Shown here piece after piece: positions 9,909 to 19,304 of a stretch of DNA of 64,000 nucleotides; within the stretch, counting starts at the first letter, position 1, and each line of letters opens with the position of its first letter. Location of the stretch: assembly GCA_963749705.1 (NCBI GenBank), contig CAVVNQ010000007.1, positions 64,001 to 128,000 on the forward strand, read 5' to 3'. A model generated the notes under the pieces. It did not search any database. It was not told where the DNA came from and saw only the letters and a program-made list of their open reading frames with translations. Made by a program: the position numbers and the translations under genes. Origin of the DNA: an uncultured Chloroflexia bacterium. GTDB lineage: Bacteria > Chloroflexota > Limnocylindria > Limnocylindrales > CSP1-4.

Positions 9909-10667
9909 ATGGCCACGCCGATCTACGCCACCTACCTCGACCAGATCACCGCCCTGCTTGCCCAGATCCGGGACGAGGAGGGCGACGCGATCGCCCGGGC
10001 CGGGGCGGTCATCGCGGACCGGATCGCTGCGGATCGCATGATCTACGTGATCGGCCCCGGCGGCCATTCGCAGATCGGCGCCGAGGAGGTGTTCTCCCGG
10101 GCCGGCGGCCTCGCCTGCATCGTGTCGTTCATCGACGACGGCTTCTACCTCGGCAACGGCGCGGCCCGGTCGATGGCGATCGAGCGGACGCCCGGCTACG
10201 CGCGCGCCATCCTCGATCGCGGCGAGATGGGCGCCGGTGACGTCCTGGTCATCGTCAACGCCTACGGCATCAACTCGGCCACGATCGACAGCGCGATGTA
10301 TGCCCGCGAGAAGGGGATGACGAGCATCGGGGTGACGTCGGTCGCGAACCAGCGCGGGTTGCCCCAGGGTCATCCGAGCCGCCACCCCAGCGGCCAGGAC
10401 CTGTGCGACCTCGTGGACATCCTGGTCGACACCAAGATGCCGCTGGGTGACGCCGTGCTCAAGCTCGACGGCGTGAGCGAGAAGGTCGCCCCGGTGTCCA
10501 CCTACCTCAACGCCTTCGCCCTCAACGCGATCATGCTCGAGGCGATCGCGGAGCTGGCCCGGCGCGGCATCGAGCCGCCCATCTGGCGGAGCTCCAACAG
10601 CCCCGGTGGCGACGAGGCGAACGTCGCCGTGACCGAGCGCTATCGCACCCGCGTGCGGAACCTCTGA
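9909..10667 (+). CDS. SIS-domain sugar-phosphate isomerase-like protein (UPF0309-type)
   Basis: GGHSQIGAEEVFSRAGGL, SRHPSG, GDAVL, PPIWRSSNSPGGD; RBS AGGAGG. Confidence 0.85.
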   Translation: MATPIYATYLDQITALLAQIRDEEGDAIARAGAVIADRIAADRMIYVIGPGGHSQIGAEEVFSRAGGLACIVSFIDDGFYLGNGAARSMAIERTPGYARAILDRGEMGAGDVLVIVNAYGINSATIDSAMYAREKGMTSIGVTSVANQRGLPQGHPSRHPSGQDLCDLVDILVDTKMPLGDAVLKLDGVSEKVAPVSTYLNAFALNAIMLEAIAELARRGIEPPIWRSSNSPGGDEANVAVTERYRTRVRNL

Positions 10668-10777
10668 GGGCCTGGATCGACCGTGCAGGAGGCAGCGGAA
10701 ATGGGCTCTGCGCCGCGGCTCGAGGGGCCCGGCTCGGGGGTGCCGAAGCGCCTTGCGCCTGCCATGTCAGATGATCT

Positions 10778-10790
10778 ATTGTCCGACAAT
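10778..10790. promoter_or_regulatory. Putative GntR/FadR operator ATTGTC-C-GACAAT
   Basis: Perfect 6-1-6 palindrome about 27 bp upstream of the GntR start, overlapping a possible -10 (TATTGT); TTGCGC -35 candidate at 10753. Confidence 0.65.
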
Positions 10791-10817
10791 CATGCATTTG
10801 GAGGGGATGCTCGAACC

Positions 10818-11588
10818 ATGAGTCTGCAGCGGCCCGAGACGCTGACCACCGCGGTCGCCGCCTACGTCAAGGACGCCATCGTGCGCGGCGAGTTCGCGCC
10901 CGGCTCCCGGCTCCCGGAGGTGGCCCTCGCCGCCCAGCTCGAGACGTCGCGCGGCACCGTCCGGGAGGCACTCCGGACGCTGGCCGATGGCGGCCTGATC
11001 CAGATCATCCCGCGCCGGGGTGTGTTCGTGTCCCAGCTGTCGGTTCGTGCGGCGTGGGAGATCACGAGCCTCCGCGCGCTGCTCGAGCCATACGCCTCGC
11101 GCCTGGCCCTCGAGGCGAGCGGCTCCGACGAGGCGATCCAGGAGGAGGTGCACGCGGCGTTCGAGCATCTCAAGGAGGCGATCGCGACGGGGGACCCCGT
11201 GAACGTCGCCGACGCGGACGTCGCCTTCCATCGCGCGGTCTTCGCGCGGTGCGGCCACAAGATGCTGCTCAGCCGGCTGCTGACGCTCCAGGCGCTGTCC
11301 TACCGGATCGTGCTCACCAATCAGATCTCGTCCGCCGATGCGCCGACGCTCATCGCCCAGCACGCCCCGATCGTCGAGGCGGTCGAGCTGCGCGACCCGG
11401 AGCTGCTCGACGCCGCCGTCCGGACCCACGTCATCGAGGCCGGTGAGCTGCTGATGACCCGGATGGCCGCGCTGGAGGCAGGACGGACCAAGCGTCCCCA
11501 GTCGACAACCTTCGGCCTCGGTCGCTGGCCCTCGGGAGCCAGTCCGCACCCGAGGCGTTCAAGCCCGCAGCCCGGGAGCGATCGATAG
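10818..11588 (+). CDS. GntR family (FCD) transcriptional regulator
   Basis: PGSRLPEVALAAQLETSRGTVREAL wHTH; FH...H FCD residues. Confidence 0.92.
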   Translation: MSLQRPETLTTAVAAYVKDAIVRGEFAPGSRLPEVALAAQLETSRGTVREALRTLADGGLIQIIPRRGVFVSQLSVRAAWEITSLRALLEPYASRLALEASGSDEAIQEEVHAAFEHLKEAIATGDPVNVADADVAFHRAVFARCGHKMLLSRLLTLQALSYRIVLTNQISSADAPTLIAQHAPIVEAVELRDPELLDAAVRTHVIEAGELLMTRMAALEAGRTKRPQSTTFGLGRWPSGASPHPRRSSPQPGSDR

Positions 11589-11730
11589 CCCATCCCGTCC
11601 ACGCCATCCGGCCCTCGTCGGACCGGGGGTGCGACTCGAAGATCTGGATCCGAGCACACAGGAGGCTGGTGCCCTTGACCTTGATCCGCCGCCTCACGCC
11701 AACCGTGGCGAACGCACTTGGAGGAGCAAC

Positions 11731-13116
11731 ATGATTCACCCTCGCGCATGGGTCAAAGCCCTTGCGGTCGCGGGGTCGCTCGTCATCGTGGTCGGAGCCT
11801 GCGGCTCCGGCACCCCGTCGACGGCGCCGACCACCGCGGCCAGCACCGCACCAGGCGAATCCAGCGCGCCGGCTGCCGACGCGTGCGGCACCGACCCGAT
11901 CACCCTGAACGTCTGGGGCGGCTACCCGGAGCTCGATCCGGTCTACAAGGCCGCGGGCGAAGCCTTCACGGCGCTTCATCCCAACGTCAGCTTCACCGTC
12001 TTCTCCACCGACCTGCGCGGCTTCGAGCAGAAGCTGACGACGGCGATCCCGTCCGGCACGGCCGGTGACGTGGTGGTCAGGACGACCAACTTCCTGGCCC
12101 GGTTCATCGACCAGGGCCTCCTCCTGCCGTTGCCTGACGACCTCAAGACGGCGGTGACCGCGAACGGCTACGCGCCGGAGGTCATCAAGGACGGCACCTA
12201 CGCCGACAACATGTGGGGCCTGCCGATCTTCACCGGCGGCACCGGGATCTTCTACAACACCGACATGTACAGTGCCGCGGGGATCAGCGGCCCGCCGACC
12301 TCGATGGACGAGCTGATCGCCAACGCCTACAAGACCTACAAGACCGACGCCTCGGGCGCGACGACCGTGTCCGGCCTCAGCCTGCGGCTCGCAGGCCAGG
12401 GCAGCGGCGTCGCCGAGAAGTTCTGGATCCTGCTGCTGCAGTACGGCAAGACGCTCATCCGCGAGACCCCCGAGGGCTCCGGCAAGTGGGTGGCCGAGTA
12501 CAACGGCCCCGAGGGCGTCAAGCTGTTCCAGATGTACGTGGACATGCTGCGTGACGGCGTCGACTCGCTGAACATCGACTCCGATGCAGCAGCGTTCGAG
12601 AAGCAGGAGACCTCGCAGTTCCTTCGCGAGTCCTGGGTGATCCCCGACATCGCGAAGAATGCCCCCGACCTCGTCGGCCACTACGCGACGATCGCGCCGC
12701 CGGTGGGCGACATCCTCACGGTCGAGTCCATGTTCGTCCCGACCGCGGCGCCGAATCCGGACTGCTCGTGGGAGTTCATCCGGTTCATGCGCGAGCCGGA
12801 GCAGCAGATCAACCTCGTCAAGGTCTCCGGCTGGCCGCCCGCCCGCCACGACCTCGGGGCGGGGCTGGATGCGTTCCTTGCCGAGAACCCGACCTTCGAG
12901 GGTTTCCTCAAGAAGCCCGATAACTTCTCGCTCACGACCACCCCGGCGATCCCGGAGTTCGACGAGATCGAGACCAAGCTCGCGACCCATCTGGTCGAGG
13001 CCTACGCCGACTTCGCCAACCTGGCCGGCCAGCCCGACAAGATCCAGACCCTGCTCAACGGCTGGGCAGACGAGACCAACCAGATCCTCAAGGACAACAG
13101 CCACTACGGCGGTTGA
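11731..13116 (+). CDS. Carbohydrate ABC transporter substrate-binding lipoprotein
   Basis: Lipobox VVGAC, S/T/P linker, WGLPIF..IFYNTDMY SBP_bac_1 pattern; RBS GGAGGAG. Confidence 0.9.
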   Translation: MIHPRAWVKALAVAGSLVIVVGACGSGTPSTAPTTAASTAPGESSAPAADACGTDPITLNVWGGYPELDPVYKAAGEAFTALHPNVSFTVFSTDLRGFEQKLTTAIPSGTAGDVVVRTTNFLARFIDQGLLLPLPDDLKTAVTANGYAPEVIKDGTYADNMWGLPIFTGGTGIFYNTDMYSAAGISGPPTSMDELIANAYKTYKTDASGATTVSGLSLRLAGQGSGVAEKFWILLLQYGKTLIRETPEGSGKWVAEYNGPEGVKLFQMYVDMLRDGVDSLNIDSDAAAFEKQETSQFLRESWVIPDIAKNAPDLVGHYATIAPPVGDILTVESMFVPTAAPNPDCSWEFIRFMREPEQQINLVKVSGWPPARHDLGAGLDAFLAENPTFEGFLKKPDNFSLTTTPAIPEFDEIETKLATHLVEAYADFANLAGQPDKIQTLLNGWADETNQILKDNSHYGG

Positions 13117-13124
13117 CCAACCTT

Positions 13125-13158
13125 TGCGGGCGTCGCGGCAGCTGCCGCGACGCCCGCA
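13125..13158 (+). terminator. Perfect 34-bp palindrome between SBP and permease genes (RNA stabiliser or partial terminator)
   Basis: TGCGGGCGTCGCGGCA-GC-TGCCGCGACGCCCGCA, no downstream U-tract on the + strand. Confidence 0.65.
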
Positions 13159-13194
13159 CAACCACCTGCACCACCGGCTATCGTAGGGTCGCTG

Positions 13195-14160
13195 ATGAGC
13201 AGTCCTGAAAAGGTCGAGGGTCGCTCGTTGTCTTCGTTGGCACGTACCCCGATCGCCGCTGTCCGTCGTGTTCCACGACGAACCTGGGTCCGCTACCGGT
13301 TCGTGTTCCTCGTGCTCACGCCGATCATGGCGCTGTTCTTCTATCTGCGCGTGATCCCGACCGGCTTCGCGATGCTGATGAGCTTCTTCGATTGGCAGCT
13401 CATCAAGCCGGCCGACAAGTTCGTCGGGCTCGACAACTACATCAACCTGCTGGGCGACGAGAACTTCCGGACGGCGTTCACCAACACCACGTTGTTCGCC
13501 GTAGGCACCTCGGTGATCTCCGTGCTGGTCGCCCTCCTCCTGGCGGCGCTCCTGGCCCGGTTCGTACGCGGCCGCGTCGGCGGCGCCCTGGAGCTGCTGT
13601 ACTTCGCCCCCGTGCTCGTGCCGATGGTGCCGGTCACCCTCGGCTGGCGGGAGATCTTCAACTACCAGCACGGGATCCTGAACTCGGCGCTGGGGCTGGT
13701 GGGGATCCCGAAGCAGCCATGGCTGAGCGACCCGACGATGGCCCTCGTGGCGGTGATCATCCTGTCGGTCTGGAAGCAGATCGGCTACAACATGATCATC
13801 CTGCTGGTCGGGATGCGCGCCATCCCGCACGTCTACCACGAGGCCGCCGCATGCGACGGCGCCAATGCCTGGCAGCAGTTCCGGCACATCACGATGCCAC
13901 TGCTCGCGCCCGTCACGCTGTTCGTCGTGGTGATCACCACGATCTCCGCCTACAACGTGTTCACCCAGGTGTACGTCCTCGCCTCGGACGTCCAGGGTGC
14001 CCCGGGCAAGCTGGTGCGGGTGCTCGTCTACGACATCTTCGAGAACGGGTTCCGCTTCTTCAAGATGGGCTACGCCGCGTCTGAGGCCATGTACCTGTTC
14101 ATCATCATCCTCGTGCTGACGGTCATCCAGTTCCGGTTCCTGCGGGGGTCCGATCAATGA
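13195..14160 (+). CDS. Carbohydrate ABC transporter permease
   Basis: FVGLDNY, EAAACDGA (EAA loop), MGYAA. Confidence 0.92.
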   Translation: MSSPEKVEGRSLSSLARTPIAAVRRVPRRTWVRYRFVFLVLTPIMALFFYLRVIPTGFAMLMSFFDWQLIKPADKFVGLDNYINLLGDENFRTAFTNTTLFAVGTSVISVLVALLLAALLARFVRGRVGGALELLYFAPVLVPMVPVTLGWREIFNYQHGILNSALGLVGIPKQPWLSDPTMALVAVIILSVWKQIGYNMIILLVGMRAIPHVYHEAAACDGANAWQQFRHITMPLLAPVTLFVVVITTISAYNVFTQVYVLASDVQGAPGKLVRVLVYDIFENGFRFFKMGYAASEAMYLFIIILVLTVIQFRFLRGSDQ

Positions 14161-15002
14161 AGCCCGGCACCGGCTCCCTCATGGCCCGCGTGAGCTACTG
14201 GGTCGTCGTCGCCCTTCTGCTGGTCGGCGGGATCATCATGGTGTTCCCGCTGTTCTGGCTGTTCAGCACATCGCTGCGCCCCGGGACGGAGCTGATCCAG
14301 GTCCCGCCGAGCCTGCTCCCCCAGCACTGGACGCTGGACAACTTCCAGAAGGCGATCGATCGCGCGCCGCTGCTGTCCTACATGTGGAACAGCGTCGTGT
14401 TCGCGACCGTGTCCACCGTGTTCATCCTGCTGACCTCGACCGTGGCCGGCTACATCTTCGCCAAGTTCAAGTTCCCGGGGAACAACTTCCTGTTCATGCT
14501 CGTGCTCGCGACGGCGATCGTGCCGTTCGAGATCTACATGGTCCCCCTGTTCCTCCAGATGAACGCGCTGGGCCTGGTGAACAACCCGGTCGGGATGTTC
14601 CTGCCGTACCTGGTCCTGAGCTACGGCATCTTCTTCATGCGCCAGAACACGATCACCAGCGTGCCCGACGAGCTGCTCGACGCGGCCCGGATCGACGGCA
14701 TGGGTGAGTTCGGGATCATGCTCCGGCTGGTACCCCGGCTGCTCGCCCCGGCCATGGCCGCGCTGGCGATCCTCGCCTTCATCCAGGCCTGGACCGCGTT
14801 CATCTGGCCGCTGCTCATCCTCAACGATCCGAAGTACTTCCCGATGGAGCTGGGCCTGTCGCAGTTCGCCAACTCCTATTCCGTGGACTTCGGCGTCGTC
14901 GCCGCCGGCGCGGTGATCGCCATGGCACCCACGCTGCTGGCGTTCATGCTGCTGCGCCGCCGGATCGTCGAGGGCATCACGCTCACTGGGCTCAAGGGCT
15001 GA
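14157..15002 (+). CDS. Carbohydrate ABC transporter permease
   Basis: PDELLDAARIDG EAA loop; C-terminal GLKG. Confidence 0.92.
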   Translation: MKPGTGSLMARVSYWVVVALLLVGGIIMVFPLFWLFSTSLRPGTELIQVPPSLLPQHWTLDNFQKAIDRAPLLSYMWNSVVFATVSTVFILLTSTVAGYIFAKFKFPGNNFLFMLVLATAIVPFEIYMVPLFLQMNALGLVNNPVGMFLPYLVLSYGIFFMRQNTITSVPDELLDAARIDGMGEFGIMLRLVPRLLAPAMAALAILAFIQAWTAFIWPLLILNDPKYFPMELGLSQFANSYSVDFGVVAAGAVIAMAPTLLAFMLLRRRIVEGITLTGLKG

Positions 15003-15030
15003 CCGCGAGCCCCCGGAAAGGCATCGCTCC

Positions 15031-16248
15031 ATGACCTCGATCAGCGCCGCCCCGGATGCTCCTGCCCGTCACAATGCCCCGCTCACGTACCTGGGCCGGT
15101 CCACCGAGGACGGAGAACCCGTCCGGCTGACCGTGGACGGGGGCGTGGTCAGCGCGATCGAGCGGGTGACGGAGGATCCGGGGGGCACCTGGATCTCGCC
15201 CGGCTGGATCGACATCCAGATCAACGGCTACGCGGGCCACGACCCCAACGCCACCGGCGCGGACGCATCCACGACCGAGGGGATGGTCCGCTCGCTGTGG
15301 CCCGAGGGGATCACGGGCTCGTGCGTCACGATCTGTACCGAATCCGAGGCGCACATCAAGGACAACCTGCGTGCGATCGTCGCGGCCGGTGACGCGGACC
15401 CCCTCATCGCCGCATCGCTGGTCGGGATCCATGTCGAGGGTCCGCACATCGCGACCGAGGACGGACCGCGCGGGGCCCACCCGCTGCGCCACGTCCGTCC
15501 GCCGGACATCGACGAGTACCGACGCTGGCAGGAGGCGGCCGAGGGCCGGATCCGGATCGTGACGCTGTCGCCCGAGTACGACGCGGCGGTCCCGTACATC
15601 CGGGCGGTCGCTGCCGACGGCGTGCTGGTCTCGATCGGGCACACCACGGCGACCTCCGACCAGATCCGTGCCGCGGTCGACGCCGGGGCTCGCTGGTCGA
15701 CCCACCTGGGCAACGGCGCCCACGCCATGATCCGGCGCCACCCGAACTACATCTGGGACCAGCTGGCCGAGGACCGCCTCAGCGCCGGGTTCATCTTCGA
15801 CGGGCATCACCTGCCACCGGCGTTCATGCGAACCGCTGTCCGGGCCAAGGGGGTGGAGCGCACGGTGCTGGTCAGCGACGCGGTGTCGATGGCGGGCCTG
15901 CCGCCCGGCCGGTACACGCTGTTCGACGGGGGCGACGTCGAGCTCCAGCCCAACGGCCGCCTCGAGCTTGCCGGGACGCCGCTGCTCGCCGGCGCGGTCA
16001 CGGCGCTGCCCACGTGCGTCGCCAACGCGGTCCGTCACGCCGGCACGACGCTGGCCGACGCCGTGCGGATGGTCACCGCGAACCCGTCGCGGCTGCTGGG
16101 GCTCCCGATCACGGCCGGCCACGAGAGCCTGCGGACGGGCGTTGCCGCCAACCTCACGATGTTCCGGCGATCGGATGCGACGGGGGACATCGAGATCGTG
16201 CGCACGCTCGTCGACGGGACCGTGGTGTTCGAGGCGCCGGCCGCCTGA
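15031..16248 (+). CDS. nagA: N-acetylglucosamine-6-phosphate deacetylase-like amidohydrolase
   Basis: PGWIDIQING, HVEGP, GAHP, SIGHT, THLGNG, DGHH, VSDA. Confidence 0.8.
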   Translation: MTSISAAPDAPARHNAPLTYLGRSTEDGEPVRLTVDGGVVSAIERVTEDPGGTWISPGWIDIQINGYAGHDPNATGADASTTEGMVRSLWPEGITGSCVTICTESEAHIKDNLRAIVAAGDADPLIAASLVGIHVEGPHIATEDGPRGAHPLRHVRPPDIDEYRRWQEAAEGRIRIVTLSPEYDAAVPYIRAVAADGVLVSIGHTTATSDQIRAAVDAGARWSTHLGNGAHAMIRRHPNYIWDQLAEDRLSAGFIFDGHHLPPAFMRTAVRAKGVERTVLVSDAVSMAGLPPGRYTLFDGGDVELQPNGRLELAGTPLLAGAVTALPTCVANAVRHAGTTLADAVRMVTANPSRLLGLPITAGHESLRTGVAANLTMFRRSDATGDIEIVRTLVDGTVVFEAPAA

Positions 16249-16297
16249 CGCCGCGCACGGCGCGACGCCGGCCGCATGACGCGGGCCGCGCGCGGGT

Positions 16298-17377
16298 TCA
16301 GCGCTGGATGCGGGCAGACCCTCCGGCCGCGAACGCGCGGACCTGATCGAGCGTGGCCATCGTCGTGTCCCCCGGGAACGTCGTCAGCAGGGCCCCGTGC
16401 GCCCAGCCGAGCCGCAGCGCCTCCTCGGGCGCCTCCCCATTGAGGAGCCCGTAGAACAAGCCGGAGGCGAAGCCGTCGCCACCGCCCACGCGATCGTGGA
16501 CGTCGAGCTCGCACACCGGTGCGACGAACGACTGGCCGGCCACCCACGCGACGGCGCTCCATCGGTGGCGGCTTGCCGACTGCACCTCGCGCAGCGTCGT
16601 CGCGACCACGCGGATCCGCGGGTACGCCGCGACCACGCGGTCGATCATCTCGAGGAACGAGGCCGGGTCCAGGCCCGTGCTCCTGACCTCGGGTCCGGGG
16701 ATCTGGAGGCCCGTCTGGAGATCCTCCTCGTTGCCGACGAGGACGTCCACGTGCTCGACGATCCGGCGCAGGACCTCGTGGGCTCGGGCGCCGCCCCCCA
16801 GCGCATGCCACAGCTTGGCGCGGTAGTTGAGGTCGAAGGAGACGATCGCCCCCGCATCGTGCGCGGCCTGCATCGCCTCGATGATCAGCTCGGAGGTGGT
16901 GGGCGATAGCGCCGCGAAGATCCCGCCGCTGTGGAACCAGCGGACGCCGGCGCCGAAGATCGACGGCCAGTCGAAGTCGCCCGGCGCGAGACGCGCCGCC
17001 GCCTCGTTGGCGCGGTTGTAGAACACGACCGGTCCACGGATGCCGTAGCCGCGATCGCTGTACACCGTGGCGATGTTCGGGCCCGTCGCCCCGTCGTGCG
17101 GGAACCGGCGGTAGAACGGCGTGACGCCCATCGCCCGGACCCTGCCCGCGACCAGGTCGCCGATCGGATAGTCGACCATCGCGGTCGCGATCCCGGTCCG
17201 CTGCCCGAACGCATCGGCGAGGTTCGCGGCGACATTGAACTCGCCGCCCGACACGTGGATGTCAAAGGACGCGGCCTTCCGGAACGGGATGATGCCGGGG
17301 TCGAGCCGCGTGACCACCGCGCCGAGCGCCAGCAGGTCAAGCGCTCCATCCGCCCGGATCGCCAGTGGCGTTGTCAT
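16298..17377 (-). CDS. kdgK: PfkB sugar kinase, 2-keto-3-deoxygluconate kinase-like
   Basis: SGGEFNVA, SFDLNYRAKLW, GNEED, DRVGGGDGF; RBS GGAGG before ATG 17377. Confidence 0.8.
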   Translation of the reverse strand: MTTPLAIRADGALDLLALGAVVTRLDPGIIPFRKAASFDIHVSGGEFNVAANLADAFGQRTGIATAMVDYPIGDLVAGRVRAMGVTPFYRRFPHDGATGPNIATVYSDRGYGIRGPVVFYNRANEAAARLAPGDFDWPSIFGAGVRWFHSGGIFAALSPTTSELIIEAMQAAHDAGAIVSFDLNYRAKLWHALGGGARAHEVLRRIVEHVDVLVGNEEDLQTGLQIPGPEVRSTGLDPASFLEMIDRVVAAYPRIRVVATTLREVQSASRHRWSAVAWVAGQSFVAPVCELDVHDRVGGGDGFASGLFYGLLNGEAPEEALRLGWAHGALLTTFPGDTTMATLDQVRAFAAGGSARIQR

Positions 17378-17437
17378 CGAACCACCTCCATGGGGCGCGC
17401 TCGCCGTCTCGCGTGCCAATCATCGCAGGTCTCGACA

Positions 17438-17462
17438 GGATTGTCCGATTGACCGACAATCC
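17438..17462. promoter_or_regulatory. Putative GntR operator (GGATTGTC-N9-GACAATCC) in kdgK / LamG divergent promoter
   Basis: 8-bp inverted arms; contains two degenerate TTGTCCGA/TTGACCGACAA boxes like the one at 10778. Confidence 0.6.
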
Positions 17463-17540
17463 GAGGGTCAACGATCGCCAGGGTCGGTGGAGTCGGGGCG
17501 GCATCACCGATCCCGGTCAGCGCGTCCCGAGGAGTGCACG

Positions 17541-19217
17541 ATGGCTCGCGATGATGGACCGGTCGGTTCCTGGGCTCTGGCTGTCGACGGTCGCGACGGC
17601 TCCGGGCACGCGCGCCATGGGATCGTGCGGGACGACGTCCGGTTCGGCGCGTCGGCGGATCCTGCGTTCGGACGCCCTTGCGCGCGGCTGACCGGGTCCG
17701 GACGACTGGAGGTGCCGGCACCGGGGCTCGCGGGCGGCGACATCACGGTGGCGGCATGGGTCAACGCGGCCGCGGCTCCCACGACCGTGCTGGGGGACGT
17801 CGTCTCGTGGTTCGACCCGCAGGCGCGGCGCGGGTTCAACCTTGCGTTCGAGCACGGCGCGCCGTGCGGCAGCCACGGCAACGACCGGACGGCCTGGTTC
17901 GGGATCGACGCCGGGACCACGCCAGCGACCGTCGACCACGGACGCCCGGGCGATGCCACGGTGATGGTCTGCTCGCTGGCCGCCCATGACGGCAGCATCT
18001 ACGCGGCCACCTGGGAGCAGGGTCCGGCGCCCCGCGGGCACGTGTACCGGTTGGATGGGGGCACCTGGGTCGATTGCGGGTCGCCCTGGGACGCGAACGC
18101 CGTCACGCGGCTGGCCGTCCACGATGGGGCGCTCTACGCCGGCGTGTCGCGGCTCCGGGGCGGCGGCTCCGGGCTGGAGGATTCGGCGAACCAGGGTCCG
18201 GGTGGGCGTGTCCTCCGCTACGACGGCGGGCAGGCGTGGTCCGACATGGGCCAGATCGAGGGCGCGGACGCGATTGCCGCGCTCGTCCCGTTCGCGGGCG
18301 CGCTGTACGCCGCGCCGATGTACTCGGAGGGCGTGTTCCGGTTCGACGGCCCCGGGCGCTGGACGTGGTGCGGGTCGCCGGGGCGCCGCCTCCTCGCGCT
18401 CGGCGTGCACGGTGGTGCGCTGTACGGCGCAGGCAACGACCATGCCGACGTCAGCAGCGCCATCGCGCTCACGAAGGCCGGGGTGGTGGTGGCGGCGCGC
18501 TCGACCGAGGGCGGGGGCGGCGTGTTCCGCTACGACGGCGGCGACCGCTGGGTGAGCCGGGGGCTCCAGCCGGACACGACGCAGCTGTACTCGATCGAGA
18601 CGTACGGGAACCGGCTGCACATCGGCACCTGGCCGGCGGGCCTGGTGTTCCGGGGATCGGAGCTGGATGGGGCGGGCGACGCCTCCTGGCAGCCCATCGG
18701 GCGGCTCGGCGACGAGACCGAGATCATGAACCTGCAGGCGTACAACGGGACCCTCTACGGCGGCACGCTGCCCCACGCCCAGGTCTTCCGATACGACGCG
18801 GACGACGATTGGGCGCTCGTGGCCACGCTCGATGCGACGCCCGATGTCCGCTATCGGCGGGCGGCGTCGATGGTCCTGTTCGGCGGCGAGCTGTGGGTCG
18901 GGACGCTGCCTTCGGGACACGTGCACTCGCTGCGCGCGGGTGCCGTGGCGTCGAACGACGGATCGCTGGCGCCCGGCTGGCACCACCTCGCCGGGGTCCG
19001 GCGGGGCGATCGGGTCGAGCTGTACGTCGACGGTCGCGGGGTCGCCACGTCCGAGGTCACGACGATCGCGGGGTCCGTTGCACCGGACGCCGAAACGCCG
19101 CTCGTGCTCGGGGGTGGCCCGCGCGCGGGCTTCGAGGGCGAGCTCGCGGACGTCCGCGTCTGGGACCGCGCCCTGGATCCGGCGGAGCTCGCCGCGTTCG
19201 CGGCGGAGTCGGCGTAG
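17541..19217 (+). CDS. LamG/concanavalin-like domain interrupted by a beta-propeller-like repeat region; no signal peptide
   Basis: N-terminal ITVAAWV, C-terminal WHHLAGV..LYVDG..FEGELADVRVWDRAL; middle repeats of L..H.G.LYAG...GxVxRYDG..W. Confidence 0.7.
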   Translation: MARDDGPVGSWALAVDGRDGSGHARHGIVRDDVRFGASADPAFGRPCARLTGSGRLEVPAPGLAGGDITVAAWVNAAAAPTTVLGDVVSWFDPQARRGFNLAFEHGAPCGSHGNDRTAWFGIDAGTTPATVDHGRPGDATVMVCSLAAHDGSIYAATWEQGPAPRGHVYRLDGGTWVDCGSPWDANAVTRLAVHDGALYAGVSRLRGGGSGLEDSANQGPGGRVLRYDGGQAWSDMGQIEGADAIAALVPFAGALYAAPMYSEGVFRFDGPGRWTWCGSPGRRLLALGVHGGALYGAGNDHADVSSAIALTKAGVVVAARSTEGGGGVFRYDGGDRWVSRGLQPDTTQLYSIETYGNRLHIGTWPAGLVFRGSELDGAGDASWQPIGRLGDETEIMNLQAYNGTLYGGTLPHAQVFRYDADDDWALVATLDATPDVRYRRAASMVLFGGELWVGTLPSGHVHSLRAGAVASNDGSLAPGWHHLAGVRRGDRVELYVDGRGVATSEVTTIAGSVAPDAETPLVLGGGPRAGFEGELADVRVWDRALDPAELAAFAAESA

Positions 19218-19304
19218 CGCGCCGTACGATCTGGTGCGCAGCGCCTGACGGCCGACCCGGCGTCCCTCGAGCGTCGGGTACCAGGGGAGGAGGGCTCGAG
19301 CTGA

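Noticed and set aside
11431-14157. Very long antisense ORFs (also 17517..20072, 36466..39042, 48674..50890 and many Arg/Pro-rich ORFs)
   Set aside because: Shadow frames of real high-GC genes on the opposite strand or in another frame; no recognisable motifs.
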